Position numbers and translations under genes: made by a program | DNA from: a bacterium | Lineage (GTDB): Bacteria > CALINM01 | Direction: 5' to 3' | Assembly (NCBI GenBank): GCA_041640455.1 | Contig: JBEQAF010000016.1 | Location: forward strand, 1 to 31,328 | DNA length: 31,328 nucleotides | The notes under the pieces: model-generated | The model's input: only the letters and a program-made list of their open reading frames with translations | Database searches by the model: none | What the model was told of the DNA's origin: nothing | Shown: piece by piece, positions 1 to 8,413 of the stretch | How the letters are laid out: each line of letters starts with the position of its first letter | How positions within the stretch are numbered: the first letter of the stretch is position 1

Positions 1-405
1 GCTAAGAGCACCAAAGGGACAGCCTCTCACACAAGGCGGATTGTCACAGTGCATACATCTTCTTGGTATATTAATCTCCTTCCCATCAACCACTGCTTTC
101 TGCACAAATATCCAGTTATAGGGGGTAAGGGTGTCAATTTTATCTCTTTTGTCTGACCAGTCTTCATAGGTATTTCTTGGCCAGTATGGTGGTATGGGCT
201 TTTTAGGCTCCGGGAACCTATCCTTATTGTACTCTCTGCAGGCTAATACACATTTAGGAGCAGGCTCTCCCTTGCATCCGTCACATCTGGTCAGATCAAT
301 CAATGTGGCATACTTTCCTTCTCTTGCATAGGCTGAATTGCCCAAAAGCAAAGTAGCACCCAATGTTGTGGTAACAGCCAGGAAATCTCTTCTCGTTATG
401 TCCAT
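1..405 (-). CDS. Tat-exported 4Fe-4S dicluster (FdnH/NrfC/HybA-like) electron-transfer subunit, 5' part; runs off the window edge
   Basis: Not in the ORF track. My translation from ATG at 405 (GGAGGAG RBS just upstream): MDITRRDFLAVTTTLGATLLLGNSAYA-REGKYATLIDLTRCDGCKGEPAPKCVLAC...PRRCMHCDNPPCVRGCPFGALS. Shows a twin-arginine RRDFL motif, an AxA cleavage site and two ferredoxin-type Cys clusters. Confidence 0.85.
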   Translation of the reverse strand, partial: MDITRRDFLAVTTTLGATLLLGNSAYAREGKYATLIDLTRCDGCKGEPAPKCVLACREYNKDRFPEPKKPIPPYWPRNTYEDWSDKRDKIDTLTPYNWIFVQKAVVDGKEINIPRRCMHCDNPPCVRGCPFGALS

Positions 406-439
406 AAGCTCCTCCTGCCCTGTTTAATACTTCTTAAAA

Positions 440-469
440 ATTATATATTAGATAATTTGAATATGTCAA
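440..469 (-). promoter_or_regulatory. sigma70-type promoter of the Fe-S protein gene
   Basis: Minus strand reads TTGACA (469-464), 18-nt spacer, TATAAT (445-440); both hexamers are perfect consensus, ~35 nt upstream of the ATG. Confidence 0.7.
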
Positions 470-522
470 TAAATATTTTTATATTGCCGAGTGGTCAGTA
501 AATACCATTATTTTTCAATTAT

Positions 523-663
523 TTATTTTTTAAATCCGTAACAGTATGGGTTTCCCCTACAACCAGCTGACCTGATTTTACATTCCGTATTTTTACAGAT
601 ATTTTCAACTGAAATGGTTTTTGTTTTTAAAGAAGATTTTTTCGAACTCTTTTGCCTTTTCAT
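523..663 (-). CDS. Candidate 46-aa basic, Cys-rich small protein
   Basis: MKRQKSSKKSSLKTKTISVENICKNTECKIRSAGCRGNPYCYGFKK. Four Cys (C-x4-C-x6-C-x5-C) lie in the part that does not overlap the neighbouring gene. Start codon uncertain. Confidence 0.35.
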   Translation of the reverse strand: MKRQKSSKKSSLKTKTISVENICKNTECKIRSAGCRGNPYCYGFKK

Positions 664-1279
664 ACTCTTCAAATCTCTTTTCATAGTCTCTAAAAACACT
701 CGTGTGGGCATATTTTCTTCCATTCTTTTCCTCAAAGCCAAGAAAAATATGAAGCATCTCATGATAGACTATAAACTCCAGAAAGTATTCGGGAATATGA
801 GGATTATCCAGCAGAGGATTTATGGTGATTTCAGCACTTTTAATTTTACAGGATCCGAGAGCGATCTTTCTGGCACCTTTTCTTGACTGTCTACCCCAGC
901 CTATTTTTGCATCAATCTTATTCTCAAAATATTTCTTATTTAATCTTTCAATACATTCAGTTAAATTATAGCATTTTCCACGAGCTTTATCAGGTCTGCA
1001 GATTTTTTTTCTAATGGTCAGATGGTTATTTTTGATAAAATCTTTGAGTATTTCAGGTCTTGATCTCGGATTTTTTATAAAATCAGCTACAGCCTCCAAT
1101 ATCTTTTCTTTTGCATAGAGGAAAATATGGTGCAGACTGATGCTTAAAAATCCATCTTTTCTTCTTGCCCCTATTACGACAGAGCTATTGTTATTTATTT
1201 TTAAGCTAAAGGGGATGGAAAGACGGTTTTTTAAAAAATAAATTACCCGCTCTATCTTTTCATTAATATTATCAGTCAA
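605..1279 (-). CDS. SprT-like / YgjP-like zinc-dependent metallopeptidase-fold protein
   Basis: HExxH motif (YHEMLH) preceded by 'ITINPLLD..IPEYFLEFIV' and followed by 'AHTSVFR..EKRF'. Start overlaps the cbiET stop. Confidence 0.7.
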   Translation of the reverse strand: MTDNINEKIERVIYFLKNRLSIPFSLKINNNSSVVIGARRKDGFLSISLHHIFLYAKEKILEAVADFIKNPRSRPEILKDFIKNNHLTIRKKICRPDKARGKCYNLTECIERLNKKYFENKIDAKIGWGRQSRKGARKIALGSCKIKSAEITINPLLDNPHIPEYFLEFIVYHEMLHIFLGFEEKNGRKYAHTSVFRDYEKRFEEYEKAKEFEKIFFKNKNHFS

Positions 1280-2507
1280 CTTTTCTCACTCTTATCAGGA
1301 AGACAGGCGTTTTAGATTTAAAAATGTTGCTATCCTTTATTTTCTCGGTATAAAAGCAAGAGATGTTATAAAGCTCATATTCTATCTGATTTTCTTTAAA
1401 ATAAACTATAGCTTCAGAAAGATGCTCTGCAGTAACTAACGATATAATCAATATTCCGCCTTTTTTCAGCATATCATAGGAGCTTTTAAGATTAAAAAGC
1501 CAGTCAGCCCCACCGCCACCCAGAAACACTCTATCTGGCACCGGAAGGCTCTGGAAAACATCTCTAAAGCTCGCAAAGACAGGTTTTACATTTATTGCTG
1601 AGTATTTTTTTATATTGCTTTTCAGATTAAAAAATGACTGGCTATCGTTTTCTATGGCATAACACAGAACTCCTTTCGGATTGTAACAAGCCTCTATGGA
1701 TACAGAGCCTGAGCCTGCACCAATATCCCATAAAATCTGCCCTTCCTTTAGAGATAAGAGGGATATTATATTTACTCTTACCTCTCTTTTGGTTATCAGC
1801 CCCCGCTTTTTATCAAAATTATCATCCTCTATACCCAAACCGATATAATCTTTTAACTCTCCATCCCTTTCAAAGATTACCACATTAAGGTCAGAGAGCG
1901 GCTCTCTTAGAAGATAAGGGAATTTTATACATCTTATCTTTTCATCTTCGTAACCTATATTTTCAAAGATATGGACACTAAACTCTTCCAGTCTGAGCTC
2001 CTTTAAGGTTTTCAGGATAAAAAGGGCATCAGTTTTATCGGATGTAAATATAAAACCCTTTTTATATTTTAGGAGAAAAGGGATAAGCTGTTCTCTACTT
2101 TTACCATGCAGGCTTAAAAAACCTGCATCTTCCCAGCTCATTTTAATTTTTGCAAATGCTTCCTGCATGGTAGAAAGGGCAGGTAAGATCTTTTCAATAT
2201 TTTTATCAAAATATTTTTTCAGAAAGGCAGTAATACCAAAAAAGTCAGGGTCACCAGTGGCGGTGATAACAATATTTCCTTTCTCTTCTTTGATTTTCTC
2301 AGGGAGATCAGAAAGTTTCTCAGGAAAAGGTTGTAACTTACCCTTGAGTGCATTAATAGCTACAAGTCTTTCATAGATACGCCTGCTGGAAAAGATCTTA
2401 TCGGCTTTATCAAGTATCTTCTTTGCCTCAGCTGATAAGCCTTCGTAGAAGGATGATGGAATACCTACAATCTGGATATTAAGCTTTTCTGATAACTTTT
2501 CCATCAT
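1272..2507 (-). CDS. cbiET: Bifunctional cobalt-precorrin-7 C5-methyltransferase / precorrin-6B C15-methyltransferase (CbiE-CbiT fusion, CobL-like)
   Basis: N-terminal tetrapyrrole methylase motifs (ATGDPDFFG, SLHG); C-terminal 'ITKREVR', SAM motif 'WDIGAGSGSVSIE' and 'PDRVFLGGGG'. Confidence 0.9.
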   Translation of the reverse strand: MMEKLSEKLNIQIVGIPSSFYEGLSAEAKKILDKADKIFSSRRIYERLVAINALKGKLQPFPEKLSDLPEKIKEEKGNIVITATGDPDFFGITAFLKKYFDKNIEKILPALSTMQEAFAKIKMSWEDAGFLSLHGKSREQLIPFLLKYKKGFIFTSDKTDALFILKTLKELRLEEFSVHIFENIGYEDEKIRCIKFPYLLREPLSDLNVVIFERDGELKDYIGLGIEDDNFDKKRGLITKREVRVNIISLLSLKEGQILWDIGAGSGSVSIEACYNPKGVLCYAIENDSQSFFNLKSNIKKYSAINVKPVFASFRDVFQSLPVPDRVFLGGGGADWLFNLKSSYDMLKKGGILIISLVTAEHLSEAIVYFKENQIEYELYNISCFYTEKIKDSNIFKSKTPVFLIRVRKVD

Positions 2508-3558
2508 AGGACACCAGAAAAACTTCTGTTTTAAACATCTCTTTAAATTTTATTACCAGCCGATCAAGAATATAATCCATCTCTTCTCTTTCAATGATCT
2601 CCATTAAATGTCTTGCCGTATGGGCAGTTTTTAGTGTGTTAAGATCATTTTTAGCAATCCCTGAATTTTTAAAAAAGGTTATAACCTGATCAATATTAAA
2701 CTCGCCATATTTTACATTAGTGTTTTTATACCCCAGAAGGGCTTTTAAAATCTTTCCAAGCTGGCCTGCTATAAAGATCTTTTTAAAACCTATTTTTTTA
2801 GCCTCTTTAAGGGCATAATCAAAATGATCTCCCATAATAACAAAGCTCTCTCGTCCAAGATGAAGAATCTTTTCCACCGCCTCTTCACTCTGTCTGCCAA
2901 AGGAAAGCACAATCTTTTCGGTGTCGGCTTCTCTCGCAACCATTAATGCCATTTTTATACTTTCTTTAAAGGCATCCATAGATACAGGCTTTACAATCCC
3001 TGTGGTGCCCAATATGGAGATACCACCTATAATTCCAAGTCTTTCATTGAGGGTCTTTTTTGCAATCTCTTCCCCTCTCGGAACTGACAGCACAATACTT
3101 ATCTTATCTTTAATCTTAAGTCCCGAAATAATTTTTTCTGCATTCTGTTTTATGATTTTTCTGGGGACAGGATTTATAGCCGGCTCTCCGGGAGTTACCG
3201 GCAGCCCTTTGCGAGTTACAATGCCTATCCCTTTAGAGGCATAAAAATCAAAATCTTCAGAAAGCTTAAGTTTGCTCAGTATGCTTGTATTTTTAAAATA
3301 TTCATCTGTAAAGACCTCTGCCACTATCTCAATATTATGAGTGCTATCAGGGTCATCTCCTCCGTCCTTTATAACCACAGCACTGGCATATCTATCAGAC
3401 AAAACATATCTTGCAACCGGTATGTTAAGATTTCCAGCAGGTGCTAAAATTTCTACAAAGGAAGGGGCTTTTTTTAATAGTAGAGCATTAAGCGCCGCTT
3501 TGATTGCGCCAGCTGATGCCGCCCCGGTTGTAAATCCTTCTCTTAATTTTTTTATCAT
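2479..3558 (-). CDS. cbiD: Cobalt-precorrin-5B C1-methyltransferase
   Basis: 'LREGFTTGAASA', 'KDGGDDPDSTH', 'GEPAINPVPR', 'TLNERLGIIGGISILGTTGIV' signatures. Confidence 0.95.
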   Translation of the reverse strand: MIKKLREGFTTGAASAGAIKAALNALLLKKAPSFVEILAPAGNLNIPVARYVLSDRYASAVVIKDGGDDPDSTHNIEIVAEVFTDEYFKNTSILSKLKLSEDFDFYASKGIGIVTRKGLPVTPGEPAINPVPRKIIKQNAEKIISGLKIKDKISIVLSVPRGEEIAKKTLNERLGIIGGISILGTTGIVKPVSMDAFKESIKMALMVAREADTEKIVLSFGRQSEEAVEKILHLGRESFVIMGDHFDYALKEAKKIGFKKIFIAGQLGKILKALLGYKNTNVKYGEFNIDQVITFFKNSGIAKNDLNTLKTAHTARHLMEIIEREEMDYILDRLVIKFKEMFKTEVFLVSYDGKVIRKA

Positions 3559-4386
3559 TTATAACCTGCTAAGCAATGCCCTTCTTGCTTCTCCCACTGT
3601 TAGGGGCATCTTTTCAAAATCAATGAACCCATCATCTTTAAGCTGGCTCATAAGTTTTGCAATATATGGAAGTCTTAGCTTCGCACTGTTAATCTCGTCC
3701 TTATCATCAAAAACCTGCGCGGGCTCACCGAATCTGACAATCCTCCCCCTGCTTAATATTGCCACCCTGTCCACAAATATGGGTATCAGATCCACCTCAT
3801 GGGTAGCCATAATTACTGTTAGTCCTTTCTCCTTGTTTAGCTTTCTAAGCAAGGTTGCTATCTCTCTTACACCCATCGGGTCAAGACCAGATAAGGGCTC
3901 ATCCATAAGCATTATCTTTGGTGACATAGCAAGCACACCAGCAATGCAAAGTCTCTTTTTCTGTCCATATGAAAGCGTTTTAATTGCTCTGTTTTCAAAG
4001 CCTTCAAGCCCCACATCTATCAGGGCTTGAGTGACTCTTTCTTTTACCTCTTTATCGCTCAATCTCATGTTTCTGGGACCAAAGGATATGTCATCAAATA
4101 CAGTAAGGGCAAAGAGCTGATCATTGGGATCCTGAAAAACAGTGCATATGGTTTTAAAAAGCTCATCTCTCTTTATATCTTTTAAGGGCTGGTTATAAAT
4201 ATAAATCTCTCCGCAATATTTTTTTAAAAGCCCGTTTATTAGCTTTAAAAGGGTGCTTTTACCAGCCCCATTAGCTCCAAGTATGGCTATAAAATCTCCT
4301 TCATCTACCGACAGATTTATGTCCGATAGGATCTCTACCTTTTCATCGTAGGAAAAACTTAAATGCTTAACCTCTAAAGCTTGCAT
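3559..4386 (-). CDS. cbiO: ECF cobalt transporter ATPase
   Basis: Walker A GANGAGKST, 'VFQDPNDQLF', LSYGQKKR signature, 'MDEP'; adjacent to cbiMNQ. Confidence 0.9.
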   Translation of the reverse strand: MQALEVKHLSFSYDEKVEILSDINLSVDEGDFIAILGANGAGKSTLLKLINGLLKKYCGEIYIYNQPLKDIKRDELFKTICTVFQDPNDQLFALTVFDDISFGPRNMRLSDKEVKERVTQALIDVGLEGFENRAIKTLSYGQKKRLCIAGVLAMSPKIMLMDEPLSGLDPMGVREIATLLRKLNKEKGLTVIMATHEVDLIPIFVDRVAILSRGRIVRFGEPAQVFDDKDEINSAKLRLPYIAKLMSQLKDDGFIDFEKMPLTVGEARRALLSRL

Positions 4387-5093
4387 AATATCCCAAATAC
4401 AATGGGGATGAGCCCAAAAATAAAGATAATTATATCCTTTGAACTAATCTCTCTAAACTCTGAGGGATAATAGATGGTTCCTCTATACCCTCTCACATGT
4501 AGCGCATCAACTACTTTCTCAGCTCTCCCAACAGCCCTTAAAAACAAAACCCCCCAGAGATCACCCATTGACCTTATGGAAGTCTTAAAATCCCTGTAGC
4601 CCATTCTCATCATCTGGGCGTTTTTAAGCCTTAATCCATCATCATTAATAATGAATATGTATCTATAGATAACTATAAATGTCTCAAGACATATGTCTGG
4701 AACTTTCATTTTTTTCAATGAAGAGATAATATCATTTAGTGTTGTGGTTGCCACATAGCCTAAAATTAATAGAGCTCCAGCAATAACCCTTAAGGAAGAG
4801 ATAGCCATGTTAAGCAGGTATTTTTCTTTCCAGAGAAAAAACTTTACCGAAAAAAGTGCCGCAGCTATAAAAACTGAAAGCAAAACCGCTCTTTTTACAT
4901 AGCTGAAGGGGATTCGAGCAATGATAAAAAGCAGTAGAGAAAGGGAGAATATGGTTAAATAATAATAGCCCTCTACCCAGAGATTAAGAAATAGATAGAC
5001 CAGAAGAAGGGCAGTTTTTATCAGCGGATTAATTTTTTTCAAAAGGCTTCTGTTTTCATAAGCCATGTATTCAAAGGCAGGTGAGATAATCAT
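4374..5093 (-). CDS. cbiQ: ECF cobalt transporter T component
   Basis: Hydrophobic protein with 'YRYIF', 'AQMMRMG' and 'ALHVRGY' T-component motifs. Confidence 0.88.
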   Translation of the reverse strand: MIISPAFEYMAYENRSLLKKINPLIKTALLLVYLFLNLWVEGYYYLTIFSLSLLLFIIARIPFSYVKRAVLLSVFIAAALFSVKFFLWKEKYLLNMAISSLRVIAGALLILGYVATTTLNDIISSLKKMKVPDICLETFIVIYRYIFIINDDGLRLKNAQMMRMGYRDFKTSIRSMGDLWGVLFLRAVGRAEKVVDALHVRGYRGTIYYPSEFREISSKDIIIFIFGLIPIVFGILCKL

Positions 5094-5353
5094 ACCCTCT
5101 TTTCCTTAAAAATTTTTCTAAAGTTATACCCGATTACAAACCCACCCAGTGCCCCTGCGGCTGTAAAAATAAAAAGAAGCAGGTCTCCCTGATCGGTATT
5201 TATAATAGGCTCTTTTGGCTCTACACCGAATTTTTTTGCATATTTTTCTATCACTGCCTCATCTACCCCTGCCCAGTTTTCTTTCGCTAGTACATTACTG
5301 AAAGATAATAATATACCAAGAAGTACAATTATTAAAGCTATTCTTATCTTCAT
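5090..5353 (-). CDS. cbiN: Small two-TM cobalt transport accessory protein (CbiN-like)
   Basis: 'WAGVDEAVIEKYA...EPIINTDQGDLLLFIFTAAGALGGFVIGY' between cbiM and cbiQ. Confidence 0.7.
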   Translation of the reverse strand: MKIRIALIIVLLGILLSFSNVLAKENWAGVDEAVIEKYAKKFGVEPKEPIINTDQGDLLLFIFTAAGALGGFVIGYNFRKIFKEKRV

Positions 5354-5371
5354 AGAACCTCCCCGATAAAA

Positions 5372-6079
5372 TTAAACTATTCTTAAGGTTAAAAAAGCTG
5401 GCTGATGCTGTTCAATATACTTTATAGCAAAACCACTTACCAGCCCTTCCAGTATGGCAAGCGGGATCTGAGTTGGAACAAAGGCAAGGCTTACCTCCAG
5501 AAGCCCCTGCCAGAACTCAGGCGCAATTGATACTGCCAGAACAAATGAGGTAAAGAAATAGGTTGCTATATCAGCCACAAAGCCTGCAGCAAAACCCGCT
5601 ACAAAACTGGAGAAATTGCCTTTTTTCAAAAGGAAATAAGCTAAAAAACCAAAAAATGAACCACATACACCCATAGTAAATGTATTGGCTCCCAGAGTGG
5701 ATAATCCACCATGCGCCATAAATAGAGCCTGAATTAGTAACGAGATAAAAGCCACCACCACACTCTGAAAGGGGCCTAAAACTATCGCAGAAAGCCCTGT
5801 GCCAGCTGGATGTGAACAGGTGCCAATTATAGGGACTGGTATGGGAAAGGCTGAGAGAACAAATACAGTAGCACCAATAAGCCCCACCATAGAAAAATAA
5901 AGTGGGTTTTCAGATTTTTTCTTCTTAATCAGTCTGAATCCATAAAACAGGAAGGGAAGCGATATTACTGAAAATATCACCGAATGTTTTAGAGGTAAAA
6001 TACCTTCCGAAAGATGCATGGCAGATGCATTCTCTGCAAGCAATAAAATCAATACAAAAATCAGCGCAAACTTTTTCAT
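5372..6079 (-). CDS. cbiM: ECF cobalt transporter S component with cleavable signal peptide
   Basis: Start re-called at ATG 6079 (GGAGG RBS upstream). Signal peptide ends ASA, then the metal-binding 'MHLSEGILP'; also 'GTCSHPAG' and 'AHGGLSTLGAN'. Confidence 0.93.
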   Translation of the reverse strand: MKKFALIFVLILLLAENASAMHLSEGILPLKHSVIFSVISLPFLFYGFRLIKKKKSENPLYFSMVGLIGATVFVLSAFPIPVPIIGTCSHPAGTGLSAIVLGPFQSVVVAFISLLIQALFMAHGGLSTLGANTFTMGVCGSFFGFLAYFLLKKGNFSSFVAGFAAGFVADIATYFFTSFVLAVSIAPEFWQGLLEVSLAFVPTQIPLAILEGLVSGFAIKYIEQHQPAFLTLRIV

Positions 6080-6095
6080 AGCTTTTCCTCCTATG

Positions 6096-6719
6096 TTATT
6101 TAAAAGCAAGTTTTAACAATCCGTTTAAAGTGGTTGCTGCAATGGGACTACCTCCCCTGTTCCCCTTAAGAGCTATGGCAGGCATATCCGATTTAAGAAG
6201 CTCGTGTTTTGCCTCCTTTGCTCCCACCATCCCCACACAAAAGCCAAGAACCACTACATCTTTTGAAATCTTTCCTTCTTTATAAAGTCTTATTATTTCA
6301 AATATGGCTGTTGGTGCATTGCCTATGGCAAAGATGCCCAGATTTTTAATCTTTTCAATTGCATATTTAACAGCCGATTCAGCCCTTGTCGCCCCTGATG
6401 CTTCCGCAATCTCCTTCACCTCCCTGTCTCTTATAAAACAGTGGATGCTACCTTTGTAATTTTTTAAAAGCTCAGGCGATATTCCTTCTTTTACCATAAA
6501 TACATCTGTTACTATGTCTTTCCCTTCTCTCAAATTTTTTACCGCCTGTTCTATGGCGCCTTTTTTAAAAACAATATTTTTCCTGAGAGAAAAATCTGCT
6601 GTGGTATGGATAATTTTTTTTACAATAAGAAGCTCTTCCTGGTTGTAAAGCTCTTTAGGAATTTTTGACTCAATAATTTGCATGCTTTTTTCTTCAATCT
6701 CCTTAGGTGAAAGTCTCAT
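6096..6719 (-). CDS. cbiC: Cobalt-precorrin-8 methylmutase (CbiC/CobH)
   Basis: 'PKEIEEKSM', 'IIHTTADF', 'IGNAPTA', 'GNRGGSPIAA' motifs. Confidence 0.93.
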   Translation of the reverse strand: MRLSPKEIEEKSMQIIESKIPKELYNQEELLIVKKIIHTTADFSLRKNIVFKKGAIEQAVKNLREGKDIVTDVFMVKEGISPELLKNYKGSIHCFIRDREVKEIAEASGATRAESAVKYAIEKIKNLGIFAIGNAPTAIFEIIRLYKEGKISKDVVVLGFCVGMVGAKEAKHELLKSDMPAIALKGNRGGSPIAATTLNGLLKLAFK

Positions 6720-7072
6720 ATCTCCCCCGAAACCATCTGAATAACTGCCTCTTTTATAAGCCCGCTCTTTCCTGTAATAGCTGTAATCCTGAAAGAGGCA
6801 TCGGCATACTCTTTTTTAAGCTCCTCTATCTCCTTAGGGATATCTTCGTTTACATGAACCCCCTCATGCAGAAAAAAGGGGTGAATAATGAACTCTCTCT
6901 CCCCCTCATCATAAAGATCTTTTACCACCTGAGTCAGATAGGGTTTCGCCAGCTGAAGATTTGCAAATACAGTTCTTGCCCCAAGTCTATTCTCCACTTC
7001 AATAGCCGTTTCTTTTGAAAGGTCATTCCCCCTGCTTCCCCGACTACCATGACTTAAAATTATTATGGTCAT
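6716..7072 (-). CDS. cbiX: Short single-domain sirohydrochlorin cobaltochelatase (CbiX/SirB family)
   Basis: 'SHGSR' and 'PFFLHEGVHVNEDIP' chelatase His motifs; 118 aa. Confidence 0.85.
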   Translation of the reverse strand: MTIIILSHGSRGSRGNDLSKETAIEVENRLGARTVFANLQLAKPYLTQVVKDLYDEGEREFIIHPFFLHEGVHVNEDIPKEIEELKKEYADASFRITAITGKSGLIKEAVIQMVSGEI

Positions 7073-8413
7073 TTATTTTCCTCCTGAAAGGGTTTTTAAA
7101 GCTACTTTAATGGCACTAATATTAGATCCGAAATGCAGATGAACATAACTACCCACTGCATTTTTGTAAGTATATCCTTCTTTTAAAATCTCATCATACC
7201 TTTTTAAAAGATAGGTTTTCTGTACTGACAGATCCGGGTTCTTTATATAGCTATAATGAAAACGATGTCCTTTTAGCTTTGAACTGCCAAAGATAGGATT
7301 ATTTTCTGCCTCAACCTCCACATATCCGAGGCTGCTATACCTTGTTCCCATCTCCATCTCAAAAGGGAAGACCCCACAAAAATTAAATAATTTCCCATCT
7401 GTATTAAGAGTTTTACAAAGATATATAAAACCTCCACATTCGGCTAAGAGAAATCCGCCTCTTTCCACATGGTCTTTTATACAGCTCATCATGCTCCTAT
7501 TATCAGATAATCCTTCTCCAAAAAGCTCGGGATATCCTCCAGGAAGATAAATAAAATCAGGGGCTTCAAGTTTTTTATCTCTTATTGGTGAAAAAAATCT
7601 GACCTCCCCCAACGACTCAAGAACACGAATATTCTCTCTGTAACAAAAAGAAAAAGCTTCGTCTCTTGCTATGTAAATTCTGATGTCTGATTTTTTGAAT
7701 GAGAGTCTTTTGCTATCTATATCTGCACCTTTTTCTGCCGTTTCAAGCAGAGCTCTTATATTAATCCCTTCAGAAGCTCTATCAATGGCTTTAAGTGTAT
7801 CTTCCCCAACCTCATACCCCATCTTTATTCCCAGATGACGCTCTTCAATCTTTAACTGCTCATCCTTTTTTATAACGCCCACCAGTTTAAGTCCCGATTT
7901 TTTTATCAGAGAGCTTAACAGCTTCTCATGCCTTTCAGAACCCACATTGTTTAAAATTACTCCTGCCAGATTAATCTTTTTATCAAAGCTTTTAAAACCA
8001 TGAATGAGAGCCTGCAACGACTGCCCCATCCCCTTCACATCAACCACAAGCACCACTGGTAGTTTCAGTATTTTAGCGATCTCTGCGGTGCTACCTCTAC
8101 CATCCTCTCCATACCCGTCAAAAAGCCCCATAACCCCTTCCAGAACAAGAAAATTATTTTTTCCTCCCGCTTCTGAAACAGCATCCAGTATATTCCATCT
8201 CATAAAATCTTTTTCCATCATAAAGCTGTCGAGATTTCTTCCCGAAATACCACAGACAGCCTTATAATGGGAGGGATCAATAAAGTCTGGTCCAACCTTG
8301 AATGGCACAGGCTGAAAACCTATTTTTTTAAGAGCTCTCATAACAGCAAGAGCCGCAGTAGTCTTTCCAGAACCGCTCTTAACTGCCGATATAACAATAC
8401 CTTTTACGTTCAT
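7073..8413 (-). CDS. cbiA: Cobyrinate a,c-diamide synthase (CbiA/CobB)
   Basis: 'SGSGKTT', 'FKVGPDFIDP', 'EGVMGLFDG', 'ERHLG', GATase 'PGGYPE' and 'AECGG'. Confidence 0.95.
   Translation of the reverse strand: MNVKGIVISAVKSGSGKTTAALAVMRALKKIGFQPVPFKVGPDFIDPSHYKAVCGISGRNLDSFMMEKDFMRWNILDAVSEAGGKNNFLVLEGVMGLFDGYGEDGRGSTAEIAKILKLPVVLVVDVKGMGQSLQALIHGFKSFDKKINLAGVILNNVGSERHEKLLSSLIKKSGLKLVGVIKKDEQLKIEERHLGIKMGYEVGEDTLKAIDRASEGINIRALLETAEKGADIDSKRLSFKKSDIRIYIARDEAFSFCYRENIRVLESLGEVRFFSPIRDKKLEAPDFIYLPGGYPELFGEGLSDNRSMMSCIKDHVERGGFLLAECGGFIYLCKTLNTDGKLFNFCGVFPFEMEMGTRYSSLGYVEVEAENNPIFGSSKLKGHRFHYSYIKNPDLSVQKTYLLKRYDEILKEGYTYKNAVGSYVHLHFGSNISAIKVALKTLSGGK

Noticed and set aside
457..469. FNR/CRP-like inverted repeat TTGA-ATATG-TCAA upstream of the Fe-S gene
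   Set aside because: It is 13 bp rather than the 14-bp TTGAT-N4-ATCAA box, and one half is simply the -35 hexamer.
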